A stretch of 64,000 nt of DNA from a virus. Its lineage: Duplodnaviria; Caudoviricetes. The DNA is taken from the IMG/VR virus record IMGVR_UViG_3300043432_000083, positions 1 to 64,000 of that record; one strand, 5' to 3'. How positions within the stretch are numbered: the stretch's first letter is position 1; every line of letters begins with the position of its first letter. This document shows positions 46,872-56,227 of this stretch, piece by piece. The position numbers and the translations under genes are program-made. Below the pieces are notes generated by a model that worked only from the letters and a program-made list of their open reading frames with translations, was not told where the DNA came from and ran no database searches.

Positions 46872-47880
46872 GGCAGAATTCCTCTAATGTTGGTCTGATC
46901 GTTCTCAAATCGGATGGTTTCGAGTATAGTATGGTCAACAAACGGTATCCCGCTTTTATGTATGCAGTATTTCTCTTATGATCTTTGTCTATATTTTTGT
47001 GCCAGTAGCTACCATCCAACTCCACGATCTTGCCTTGAGTTTCAGACAGAAAATCTGGATAATGTCCAGCAACGCGCTTCGCATGACGACCCCCACCAGT
47101 AAACACCCACAACTCAGGCTGAATTTCGTCAAGCATGGCAAGTATAGCCTTCTCAGTGTTATTTGGCTTTGCCATTGAAATCATTGATCTGGCACCATTT
47201 AATAATTGTTCGCGTTGAGCTGGGTCATTCCATCGTGCAAGTGTTTGCTTGCTAGTCTTCTTACGATTTTCAGGTAAACACTTCACTGCTTGTATTTTCT
47301 TAGATACCCTCTCTTTGTATTCAGGATCTTGCCATCTCGCTTTTACGGCTCTTATAATTTTCTGTTTTTCCTCTTCTGACTTTTTGCGACTCATGCGACC
47401 CTTCCAATTTGGATCGGAGGCTATTTGCTGCATTCTAATACGATGTTTCTTTCTGTATTCCTCATTATCCCAAATTTTCTGAAGTCTATTTGTCCGACGT
47501 GCTGCAATCTCAGGATCAGCCCATTCCTTTTTTCTTGCTTTACTCAGATTCTTCCGATATTCATCAGCCTTCGGACTGTTCAGCAATTCCTTGATAGCCT
47601 TCTTATGAGATTCTGAAAATCTCTGCAATACTTCAGGCCGAGTTTCCTTACGTCCTTTATTCCACGCCACTTGGCCAAGATGAGATATTCGCAATTTCTC
47701 TCTTGTCTCGGCTGATGCTTTTCTCCCAGTATTGGCTCGACCTATTTTCTCAAACATAGCTGCTTTTGTCTCAGGCGTCCTCCTGTTCCAAGCACCTTTT
47801 GACGCAGCACTTCTTCGTTCCTTTGTATATTTGCCAAGTGGATCAGTAGGATTTACTTTTTCCGCTGCTATCCGCTTCAT
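46864..47880 (-). CDS. Homing-endonuclease-like protein: NUMOD3 repeats plus Vsr/DUF559-like nuclease
   Basis: SAETREKLRISHLGQVAWNKG, SEEEKQKI; C-terminal PNNTE..YPDF..IVELDGSYWH; AT-rich DNA. Confidence 0.8.
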   Translation of the reverse strand: MKRIAAEKVNPTDPLGKYTKERRSAASKGAWNRRTPETKAAMFEKIGRANTGRKASAETREKLRISHLGQVAWNKGRKETRPEVLQRFSESHKKAIKELLNSPKADEYRKNLSKARKKEWADPEIAARRTNRLQKIWDNEEYRKKHRIRMQQIASDPNWKGRMSRKKSEEEKQKIIRAVKARWQDPEYKERVSKKIQAVKCLPENRKKTSKQTLARWNDPAQREQLLNGARSMISMAKPNNTEKAILAMLDEIQPELWVFTGGGRHAKRVAGHYPDFLSETQGKIVELDGSYWHKNIDKDHKRNTAYIKAGYRLLTILYSKPSDLRTIRPTLEEFCHA

Positions 47881-48134
47881 TGCCCAATCCTGATTGTATC
47901 GATGATGATATACAGCGACAGTGCAGTGACAAGAAGACCACAAAGAATCAGCACCACAAGCATGATCCCCTCAAGCGATTTCATGCGGCCTCCACTGGCT
48001 GCGGAATATGCTCCCATGTCCATTGACATCCTGGTGTCTGGCAGGACTGGGACAGTATCATGTCACGACTGTCCAATGACCCGATCACTCGGTTGAGGCA
48101 TTGCGGACAAATCAGCACCCACGGATAATCTTGC

Positions 48135-48410
48135 CTAGCCACCAAACTCCCTCCTTGCCTTCGCCATGATCGATTCACAAGGAATGCCAGCTAACGCGCA
48201 CCACATCTCCAGCAACATCGACGGAGTTTGCAGCCACTGCCTCGCCTTGTCGCTGTCGGCGTCCAGTGTGTTCACCCTCGCATCCAGCCATGCTTGTTCG
48301 ATTACTGATTGCGCCAAGCTGACGTAGCCGCTGTGCCGCAGTATCTCATTCTCTCGTGTGCGGGTACGCAGGCGGAACACATCGTCCAGCGGGTTGCTTT
48401 CCATCGTCAT
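48135..48410 (-). CDS. Hypothetical protein
   Basis: LAQSVIEQAWLDA..ARQWL..WCALAGI; ATGA overlap. Confidence 0.6.
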   Translation of the reverse strand: MTMESNPLDDVFRLRTRTRENEILRHSGYVSLAQSVIEQAWLDARVNTLDADSDKARQWLQTPSMLLEMWCALAGIPCESIMAKARREFGG

Positions 48411-49144
48411 CGCGCAAACCAGGGATACCATTCCATCTCGTTAACCTTCGGCTCAGGGATCTCGCCAGAGGCCAGCATGCCGATGACCGACGCGAACCCA
48501 CATCCCCATTTCGTCTCCAACCACGTCCGGTTGAAGCCTTGTGCCTGCATGTTCTGGGTTGTTGGAGTCCCTCTATCCATGTGCTGCCAATGTCGATCTA
48601 ATCCAATCGGATGATGACTCCAACCATGGGCATCAGAAATTGAGACCCGGTCTTTACTGAGTCCCCGAATTGCCCGCGCCTGCCAATCCCATTCCTGGAA
48701 GCCATTGACCACAAACCGCTCGTCGAACCAGCCAACCTCTCGCAGTACCTTGCGATTAAACAGGAACGCCAAGTCCCCAGCCGGAGCGACATAGAGATCA
48801 GCATCATGCTGGGAGATCAGCTCGACCCATCCAACTTGAACCTCTACATCGTCCATCGAACATAGCAGCCATTCGACTTCAGGATCACGGAAAGCCCACA
48901 GCATCGCGGTATTCCAGGTCCGCGACATATGGCCTGCCGACTCCGGCGTCCGCCCCATCGAAATGACCTGGCTGCGCTCCGGCAGTTCCACCCCTCGTCC
49001 CGTCTCTGGATGCCCGGCCAACAGATACAGATGGCGATACGTCGGAATCGTTCGCATCCATCCTTGCAGCGTTCGCTCCAGCAATTCATTGCGCTTATGC
49101 CCAGCTATCGCTATGACTGTCTTTGAGAAGTTTACGCTGGGCAC
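48407..49144 (-). CDS. Glycosyltransferase family 2-like
   Basis: SRTWN..SMDDV..VGWFDERF..QEWDW. Confidence 0.75.
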   Translation of the reverse strand: MPSVNFSKTVIAIAGHKRNELLERTLQGWMRTIPTYRHLYLLAGHPETGRGVELPERSQVISMGRTPESAGHMSRTWNTAMLWAFRDPEVEWLLCSMDDVEVQVGWVELISQHDADLYVAPAGDLAFLFNRKVLREVGWFDERFVVNGFQEWDWQARAIRGLSKDRVSISDAHGWSHHPIGLDRHWQHMDRGTPTTQNMQAQGFNRTWLETKWGCGFASVIGMLASGEIPEPKVNEMEWYPWFAR

Positions 49145-49989
49145 GATTCCATCCTTTTTATGTCGACTGCAATCTCCGCCTCTATTGTCTGTCGTAGACC
49201 CTCGCTCAACGTCTTGGGCAGCCAGCCAAGTTTTCTTAGTTGGTAAGGGAAGGCTTCAATCGCCATGGGTTCCCCACTTCGATAAGGCAATGCGCCAAAC
49301 AACAACTTGCTGGTAGATCGTGTGTGGCAGCGCACTATCGTAGCAACTTCTTCGATAGAGGTGATATAGCCTGTTCCGCAGTCTAGCGTCACCGACTCCC
49401 CCTCTCCGCACAACTCCTTGCCACGTTCCGCCAGCGTCAGGAACGCCGACGCCACATCGCTGACATGAATGAAGTCCCGGTACTGCTGACCCGGCGTCAA
49501 CGGTATGTCCTGATTACTGAGGCACTGCCTAATGAGATCATGAATAAACTTGCCGTCATGATCCCCTTCGCCGTAGACATAATGCAGCTTGACGTTCAGG
49601 AATCGGGTAGAGGTACCTTGGCAGGCCAGCGTTGCCCATTTCGCAAAGGTCTTTTTCGATAAGACATAAGGGGCCATATGCGTCGAATCTTCGGGCAGTG
49701 CCGTATCTGCTGCGATGAACAGCGGAACCTTGTTGACAATAGCTCGCTCCAACAGTCTTAGCGGACCATTCACGTTGTCCACCAACACATCTTCCAAACG
49801 GGATAAATTCTCACATCGTCCATGATTTGTCGCCAAGTGAACAATCGCATCGAGCCCACCGAACATCATCCCATATCCAGGTATATCGCTGTGTGGCAGC
49901 CGATACACATTCCAGTTTACCAACTCAAATGCTTGGCGGACATGCTGTCCAATGAATCCGCTGGCTCCGGTGATCAAAACGTCTGGCAT
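49132..49989 (-). CDS. NAD-dependent sugar epimerase/reductase (CDP-abequose/paratose synthase-like)
   Basis: TGASGFIG; YVLSK; GQQYRDFIHVSD; FGALPYR. Confidence 0.88.
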   Translation of the reverse strand: MPDVLITGASGFIGQHVRQAFELVNWNVYRLPHSDIPGYGMMFGGLDAIVHLATNHGRCENLSRLEDVLVDNVNGPLRLLERAIVNKVPLFIAADTALPEDSTHMAPYVLSKKTFAKWATLACQGTSTRFLNVKLHYVYGEGDHDGKFIHDLIRQCLSNQDIPLTPGQQYRDFIHVSDVASAFLTLAERGKELCGEGESVTLDCGTGYITSIEEVATIVRCHTRSTSKLLFGALPYRSGEPMAIEAFPYQLRKLGWLPKTLSEGLRQTIEAEIAVDIKRMESCPA

Positions 49990-51257
49990 CAGACGACCTC
50001 AATCTCTGGAATTGGGATGATGAACTTGCCTCCACGTCGGCGATACTCGGCCTGCTGCGCCAAGATTTCCTCCTTGAAGTTCCATGTTAGCAATAAGGCG
50101 TAATCGGGCTGATCCTCTAACAACCGCTCAGGTGTATAGATCGGCAGCCGTGAGCCTGTCATGTATCGACCCTGCTTCGCTGGGCTTTTGTCCACAACGT
50201 ACTCGATCAGCTTGGTGCTGGCTTCAATTCCGCAACTGTTCAACAGGGTTCCCCCTTTGGCCGCTGCGCCATACGCCACAACGCGCTTGCCCTTCACAGC
50301 CAAATCAGTCAGGCATTGGATCAGGTTCTCCTGTGACTGCTTGACTCGTTCCGCGAATGCTGCGTAGGTTTGATAATCCTTGACGCCCCACCGATCCTCT
50401 TCATTGAGGAGCTGTATCAATCGAGGGCTCATCCGCCGAGTGGTCAGCATGTGGTAATGTTGGGCGTAGATGCGTAGGGACCCACCATGCGTCGGCAACT
50501 GCTCCACATCGAAGATGGCCAGCCCATGCGATAAGAACAAGGCTTTCAGCGCCTTCAGGGAGTAATAGCACAGGTGTTCATGATAACAGGTGTCAAACTC
50601 GCATCGGTCAATCAGTTCCTTAACATGCGGAACCTCGAAAACCGCCACACCCTTCTCTGCGAGGAGAGTGGCGACACCAGCTACGAAGCCGTTGGTGTCT
50701 GCGACATGCGCCAGCACATTGTTGCCCAGGATCACGTCGGCGTAGATCCCCTCCCAGGCCAATTCCTGTGCCAAGGTCTTTGTGAAGAACTCATTGCGGG
50801 TCGGGATGCCCTTCGCTATAGCCGCCCTAACTGGCCCTTCTGACGGATCAATACCGAGGACTGGGATGCCTCTCGCCACGAAATGCTGAAGTAGATAGCC
50901 GTCATTGCTGGCAATCTCGACTGCTAGGCTTTTCTTGTTGAGTGCGAACCGATCAATCAGTGCATCTACATTCTGCTTGCAATGGTTCACCCATGCCTCA
51001 GACACCGAGGAGAAATAAGGATAATCAGTCTGAAACACCTTTTCCGGCGCAACCGTATGGACAAGTTGCACCAGTGAACACTCTGAACAGAAGGCCAGGT
51101 CCATCGGATACCGAGGCTCCCGCTGGTCAAGCTGATCCTGCCTCAGCAAATGCCCGGACAGCGGCAGGTTGCCAAGGCTGAGGAATGTCTTGATGTCCGG
51201 CGAGCCGCAGGCCCGACAGACGGTAATGTCAGCATCATACTGTGCTTGGGTCTGCAT
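49989..51257 (-). CDS. NDP-hexose C-methyltransferase
   Basis: CRAC..CSEC zinc motif; EIASNDG; YHEHLCYY; THGGSLR; YGAAAKG; LTWNFKEEI. Confidence 0.92.
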   Translation of the reverse strand: MQTQAQYDADITVCRACGSPDIKTFLSLGNLPLSGHLLRQDQLDQREPRYPMDLAFCSECSLVQLVHTVAPEKVFQTDYPYFSSVSEAWVNHCKQNVDALIDRFALNKKSLAVEIASNDGYLLQHFVARGIPVLGIDPSEGPVRAAIAKGIPTRNEFFTKTLAQELAWEGIYADVILGNNVLAHVADTNGFVAGVATLLAEKGVAVFEVPHVKELIDRCEFDTCYHEHLCYYSLKALKALFLSHGLAIFDVEQLPTHGGSLRIYAQHYHMLTTRRMSPRLIQLLNEEDRWGVKDYQTYAAFAERVKQSQENLIQCLTDLAVKGKRVVAYGAAAKGGTLLNSCGIEASTKLIEYVVDKSPAKQGRYMTGSRLPIYTPERLLEDQPDYALLLTWNFKEEILAQQAEYRRRGGKFIIPIPEIEVV

Positions 51258-51991
51258 CAATCCTCCCAGGTTTTCCATGCTGCCTTGCCACTTTGCCACA
51301 TGGCCTCCAGTTCTCTCCAATCCCGCTCGGTATCCATGCACTGCCAGAATCCGTCATGCTGATAGGCGGCAAGTTGGCCGTCCTTCGCCAGTCGCTGCAT
51401 TGGGTCCTGTTCCCATTGGGTCTGATCGCCGTCGATGTAGTCGAAGACACCAGGCTCGCAGGCGAAGAAGCCCCCGTTGATCCAACCTCCGGAATGCTCC
51501 GGCTTCTCGGTGAAGGACGCCACGTCGTTGCTTGTCAGTATCAGTTCGCCAAATCGACCGCGAGGACGAACTGCTGCCACCGTACAGAGTTTGCCCTGCT
51601 CTCGATGGAAGGCCAAGAAGTCAGTCAGGTTCAAATCCGTCACGCCATCACACCAACTCATCAGGAACGTCCCACGATGTTCCAACATGGGCTTGAGCCT
51701 AAGCAATCGACCGCCATTCTGCGTCCCATAGCCGGTTGAGCCTCGGTAGACCTTCCAATTGGATGGGAAGGCCATCGGGTCTGAGCAGTACCAATCGATC
51801 ACCCATCCCATATGTCCCAGCGCCAGCATGAAGTTCTTGAACCCATGCCGACCGAAGTGCTGCATGATGTGCCAGAGGATCGGCTTGCCGCCAATCTCGA
51901 CCATTGCCTTTGGTCGATCTGCGAAGGTGGCCTTCAGGCGCTCGCCGTTACCGCCACACAGTATGACGACTGGAACCGTGTTAGCGTCCAA
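51257..51991 (-). CDS. rfbF: Glucose-1-phosphate cytidylyltransferase
   Basis: ILCGGNGERL..PKAMVEIGGKPILWHIM..INGGFF..HDGFWQCMDTERD..AAWKTW. Confidence 0.88.
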   Translation of the reverse strand: MDANTVPVVILCGGNGERLKATFADRPKAMVEIGGKPILWHIMQHFGRHGFKNFMLALGHMGWVIDWYCSDPMAFPSNWKVYRGSTGYGTQNGGRLLRLKPMLEHRGTFLMSWCDGVTDLNLTDFLAFHREQGKLCTVAAVRPRGRFGELILTSNDVASFTEKPEHSGGWINGGFFACEPGVFDYIDGDQTQWEQDPMQRLAKDGQLAAYQHDGFWQCMDTERDWRELEAMWQSGKAAWKTWED

Positions 51992-53123
51992 ACGCCCCGC
52001 TCCTTCCTGCGTCGCTATTCAACAGATGTGCCTTGCGGTCACATCGGCAACCACAATCCGCCATCCACGCTTCCTGTCGCGCCATCCATTCGGCCATCTG
52101 CTCAGCGGGATAGTCGTAATACAGGTCCCAGAATCCCTTGTCGGCCAGATTGCCCAATGCAATGGGTCGGAAATCCGGCGCTGCCGACTGCGAACAGGGA
52201 TACAGCCAGCCGTCATAGCCGATGGTCGGGAAGACAAACCGGGAGACGCAAGGGAAGGTCCTCGATTGTCCGATCAGATCACGCTCCTGATCAGTGTCTG
52301 AAAACATGGTCTGGCACTCGGCGCTGCTCTCCTTATCCGTGACCGTCTGGATCATGTCCGCCCAGCGCAACCGCTCGTCTGGCGTTAGGAGCAAATCGGT
52401 GGCGCAATTGCCGCGAGGTTCCTGCGGGAAGGCGAAGCGCAGCACATCACAACCTGCCTCTCGGAAGTCCTGCACAAATCTCTGCATTTCCCCAAGTCTA
52501 GCATTCTCGCGGAACACCAAATAGGTCGCAGCGAGTTCAAATGGTCGCAAGAGCCATCCCCTCCGGACTTGGCTCAACGCTTCAACATTCTCCAAGACTC
52601 GACGGTATAGTCCGGTCCCGTAGACGCCCTGATGCACAATGCCGTAGATTGCATCTGATCCTGCATCAACGCTCACACTGACATAGCTCTTCCGGTGCAT
52701 CATGCCAGATTCCAAACTGTTTAAGAGGGCATCTGACACTTTCAACGCCTTCGTGTTGATTCCGACCGTGATGCCGCGACACACCGCCGCATTGAATAGA
52801 TAGTCGAAGTCTGGTGAGTGCAGGGGGTCGGTTGCGTACCCGGCAAAGATGATCTTCTGCACACCACCATCGATCATCTCAGTCAGCACGTCCAGCGCCC
52901 GGTCTAACGGGAGTCGGTCAGATACAGCTTGCGCAGATCCGCCATAGCAATGCGGACAGGGGAGCCAACACAACTTATCGGTCGCCGGTCCAGGCTGCCA
53001 TTCAATCTGATGCGGCATCACAGTCTTGTTGAGGACCGAGGTCTTGAATACGGACCAGTCCGGTACATAATCTGCCGCATACTGATACCGGGCCAAAAAG
53101 AACTCTTCCATCATCACGGTCAT
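51981..53123 (-). CDS. Radical SAM enzyme, DesII-like NDP-sugar-modifying candidate
   Basis: CWLPCPHC (CxxxCxxC); SVDAGS; C-terminal CVSRF..GWLYPC..CGCRC auxiliary Cys. Confidence 0.8.
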   Translation of the reverse strand: MTVMMEEFFLARYQYAADYVPDWSVFKTSVLNKTVMPHQIEWQPGPATDKLCWLPCPHCYGGSAQAVSDRLPLDRALDVLTEMIDGGVQKIIFAGYATDPLHSPDFDYLFNAAVCRGITVGINTKALKVSDALLNSLESGMMHRKSYVSVSVDAGSDAIYGIVHQGVYGTGLYRRVLENVEALSQVRRGWLLRPFELAATYLVFRENARLGEMQRFVQDFREAGCDVLRFAFPQEPRGNCATDLLLTPDERLRWADMIQTVTDKESSAECQTMFSDTDQERDLIGQSRTFPCVSRFVFPTIGYDGWLYPCSQSAAPDFRPIALGNLADKGFWDLYYDYPAEQMAEWMARQEAWMADCGCRCDRKAHLLNSDAGRSGAFGR

Positions 53124-53740
53124 GCCCACCATGCCCCTTGTGGATGGACAACAGCATCCTCGCGATTCAGTATCCGCTCGTACAGTGCTGGGTAATCTGT
53201 CACGATGCCGTCAGCCTGCATCCACTCTTCCAGCTTGGCCAGATCGACCGGTCGTCCGTGCAGTTCAGGAGATAGGACATAGGCTCGGAAATCATGCTCA
53301 TGCAAGAGTCGAATATCCTCTGCTGACACCCAATCTTCATCCGGCTGTTCAAGCCATGCACCCTGCTCGATGGCGTTCACATCTATCTGCTCACGCTGTG
53401 TCACAACCGTCAATGTCCCAGAGAGACCACAATAGGGATGCAGTGGACTGATAAATATTTGCATATTCGTCCATCCCTGCTTTGCGAGGGTGATCCTCAT
53501 GTTCTGCACCGTCTCTTGGCTCTTCAGATGCAGGAACACTTGCTTGCTGAACTCTGACTTTGGGATTTCCCACCAGATCTCCGGTCGATCATGGCCCACG
53601 CGGAGGAAATTGTGATGCGCGCCCCAGACATCAACCTCCACACCCCACCCCTTATTTAGAGCCTCGTCAAGCGCACAGGGGTGATTCTGGTGACGTTGTT
53701 CTGGCCACCAACTTCCCCTATGGCAGATGATCTGTGTCAC
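53120..53740 (-). CDS. PI-PLC/glycerophosphodiester phosphodiesterase-like protein
   Basis: ICHRG..N..GVEVDVW..GHD..HLK..SPELHGR..GIVTDYP. Confidence 0.8.
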   Translation of the reverse strand: MTQIICHRGSWWPEQRHQNHPCALDEALNKGWGVEVDVWGAHHNFLRVGHDRPEIWWEIPKSEFSKQVFLHLKSQETVQNMRITLAKQGWTNMQIFISPLHPYCGLSGTLTVVTQREQIDVNAIEQGAWLEQPDEDWVSAEDIRLLHEHDFRAYVLSPELHGRPVDLAKLEEWMQADGIVTDYPALYERILNREDAVVHPQGAWWA

Positions 53741-53970
53741 TTGGCCTCCGCTGCTTTGCGTGACAGTTGATCGATCTGGAATCGGAGGCTCACGATCTCA
53801 ATCTCCCGCTGGATTTGTCTGGCGAAGTCCACCAGGGTGGATTCAAGCGCCTGTGACCGCGCTTGGCATATTGCCAACTCCTTCGCAGCCTCCGGCTTCT
53901 CCTCCGCGAACGCCATCACCGGCATCAGCATCAACAGCTCAATTACAATCAACCATCGTCTTACGGACAT
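53737..53970 (-). CDS. Signal-peptide coiled-coil protein
   Basis: MSVRRWLIVIELLMLMPVMAFA|EE. Confidence 0.6.
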   Translation of the reverse strand: MSVRRWLIVIELLMLMPVMAFAEEKPEAAKELAICQARSQALESTLVDFARQIQREIEIVSLRFQIDQLSRKAAEAK

Positions 53971-54299
53971 ACGACCTCATGGCAGGTTAGCAGGTTCTCG
54001 ATCTTCAGCTTGATCCCGTCCGTAGTCGTATCCGCCGCCTTCCGCAACTGCTCGTCCTTATATGTCTTCGCCTGCGTCACCACGCCGTCCACCCACTGCG
54101 TCAGCAGATACTCCACGTACTCTCGGCGCGTCCAAGCCACAGACGGCGGGGTCAGGGCGGCGCGCTCAGCATTGACTTTTTGCAACAAGACGCCAATCGC
54201 CCTATCTTGGTCGTCAGTGGTTGTCAAGATCAATGATCCCGCCCACGCCGGGTGGCTGAGGGCGAGGAAGAGTAGGGTCAATCCAATCAGTCGTCGCAT
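53961..54299 (-). CDS. Signal-peptide protein
   Basis: MRRLIGLTLLFLALSHPAWA|GS; SD AGGAGG. Confidence 0.7.
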   Translation of the reverse strand: MRRLIGLTLLFLALSHPAWAGSLILTTTDDQDRAIGVLLQKVNAERAALTPPSVAWTRREYVEYLLTQWVDGVVTQAKTYKDEQLRKAADTTTDGIKLKIENLLTCHEVVCP

Positions 54300-54309
54300 G
54301 CAATCCTCC

Positions 54310-55092
54310 TTAACTTGTGGGCGCCACAGGTTCGTCATAGACCAACTCGAATCGTATGCGCCCAGTGGCATCCGATGGAGTGGCGTTCGGCGTAATGGTG
54401 ATAGTTTGCGCAGCAACACCCACATAATTGGTTCCCCACGCCCTCGTACCTACATCAGTCGTATTGATCGCGGTCGAGGCCGACGCGCCTTGCTGCAAGA
54501 CCGTGCCGGACGTGGTGGCAGTAATGACCATCACGCGCCATGCCACGCTTCGCAGGATCGCGTTGGCGGGAATGGTGATCGTCGTCGCGGTAGTCGGGGA
54601 AGCGGCGATGGGGGTGAGTTCGGTCTTGTGGCCCTTTTTAAACTCCTGCCCGTTGGCACCAGCGAGTGTGATCCCGGCTCCAGCCAAAGGGGAGAGTGTC
54701 AACATTGTTGCGCCAGCAGAGTTTTTGATGTTAACAACAAAGCTCCCAGTGGGTTGCCATGTCAGATGGTGTGCGGTGTCTTTGAAGAATCCCCATTTGC
54801 TGACTCCATTATCGTAGAAATATAGGGACGCATATTGTGCGGCACCGGGCGTATCGAGAATCAGATTGTTGTCATTTCTCGTGATCGTAACGGCTCCCCC
54901 ACTCACCGTCAGCCCTGCCTGCATGGTTTGGAGGGCTTTCCACTCATTCGGACGATTCAGTGCAATTCCGCCTCCGCTGCCTTGGTACCCTGGAGACGGG
55001 AAGAAGCCTTGGGCTGAGGCGAGGCGCGGGAGCAGGGCCATACACAAGACCAGCCACAACACAGGAGCAATCCTCAGTCGCCGCTGCATCAT
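54310..55092 (-). CDS. Signal-peptide protein with fibre/decoration-like beta-rich body
   Basis: MMQRRLRIAPVLWLVLCMALLPRLASA|QG; NEWKALQTMQAG; TITIPANAIL..TGRIRFELVY. Confidence 0.7.
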   Translation of the reverse strand: MMQRRLRIAPVLWLVLCMALLPRLASAQGFFPSPGYQGSGGGIALNRPNEWKALQTMQAGLTVSGGAVTITRNDNNLILDTPGAAQYASLYFYDNGVSKWGFFKDTAHHLTWQPTGSFVVNIKNSAGATMLTLSPLAGAGITLAGANGQEFKKGHKTELTPIAASPTTATTITIPANAILRSVAWRVMVITATTSGTVLQQGASASTAINTTDVGTRAWGTNYVGVAAQTITITPNATPSDATGRIRFELVYDEPVAPTS

Positions 55093-55397
55093 CGCGCCTC
55101 CATGATCCGCACGTTGCCGCTGCCCACCACCCAAACCGCGACCGACTGCGTCAAGGTCCAACTCGCGCCAGTGTTGGCAGGGATGATGTAGCCAGCCCCT
55201 GAGGTGGCGGTGGCGGAATTGAAGCCCCAATAAACATGATCCGAGGTGTTGTTGAACACCGACAGCATCTTACGTCCCGAGAATGGGGTGGCCCCCACCC
55301 GCACCTCCTGCGCTGAGGTGACGAGTGAGAGCGTCCCGACCGTACCGCTTTCGCTGATGGTGACCCGCTGATCTGCTCGATACCAATCACGAGGCAT
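55089..55397 (-). CDS. Small beta-rich structural protein
   Basis: GRKMLSVFNNT..VYWG..GYIIPA..NVRIMEA; SD GGAGG. Confidence 0.7.
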   Translation of the reverse strand: MPRDWYRADQRVTISESGTVGTLSLVTSAQEVRVGATPFSGRKMLSVFNNTSDHVYWGFNSATATSGAGYIIPANTGASWTLTQSVAVWVVGSGNVRIMEAR

Positions 55398-55409
55398 AGT
55401 TCACCCTCC

Positions 55410-55832
55410 TTATGGATTGACGATGAACCAGCCCACGTCGATGTTCGCCGCCACGCCACTCTGCGTTCCGAGGTAACCGAGCGAAAAATACCCACCGGAC
55501 CCCTGCGGAGCTACGGTCGTCACCACGACCTGCCCGATCAGGTTGTAGGATGCTACCCCAGCACCCAACAGCACCGGAGACACCAACACCACCGCGCCGG
55601 AATTCAGGGCGGTCGTGCTCTGTGTGGCGGAGGTCGCTCCGGAGTTGATTCTGGTGATGCCCGCCACTCGGTTCGCCCCGCCCATCGCGGCTCTCGGCGG
55701 CACATTGTGGATCAGTGCGGACGACAAGGTCATCGTTGCATTGACGGCCATTGGACCGTTAAAGCCGACAGAGCCGGTAAAGGTCGCTCCGTCAGCGGCG
55801 ACCAATTTCCGTCGAATTTTATGCACGGCCAT
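55410..55832 (-). CDS. Putative head fibre/decoration protein
   Basis: G/A/T/S-rich; ends VGWFIVNP. Confidence 0.6.
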   Translation of the reverse strand: MAVHKIRRKLVAADGATFTGSVGFNGPMAVNATMTLSSALIHNVPPRAAMGGANRVAGITRINSGATSATQSTTALNSGAVVLVSPVLLGAGVASYNLIGQVVVTTVAPQGSGGYFSLGYLGTQSGVAANIDVGWFIVNP

Positions 55833-55903
55833 ATTGATTCACCATTCTGTCACCCTGGACACCTTTGCGCTTCTGCTTCACTGGGTCCCTGTGTCCCGAC
55901 CAG

Positions 55904-56209
55904 TTATAGCTCTGCTTGCTTGGGCTTGTTCCGCCGACGACGAGGTTCTGGAACGTCTACCTGCTCGAACTCTTCGAATGACTCTGGTGTATTGACAGGC
56001 TCCTGGCCCATCTCTGCTCGAATCTGCTCGTCGGTCTTCCGGACAATGCAGCCTTCGCCGTACTGCTCTTTCAGATATCGAACATTACTTGGGTCTTGCC
56101 ACGCCGATGGCAGCTTCTCGCCTTTGCGGCACACCAAGGTCCTGAAATTGAAATCCCGGTTCGCGTACCAGTTGCTTCGTGCAAAATCATCGCCCCATCC
56201 AGAGGACAT
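55904..56209 (-). CDS. Hypothetical protein downstream of the capsid gene
   Basis: SD AAGGAG before MSSGWG. Confidence 0.6.
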   Translation of the reverse strand: MSSGWGDDFARSNWYANRDFNFRTLVCRKGEKLPSAWQDPSNVRYLKEQYGEGCIVRKTDEQIRAEMGQEPVNTPESFEEFEQVDVPEPRRRRNKPKQAEL

Positions 56210-56227
56210 GATTACTTCACTCCTTCT

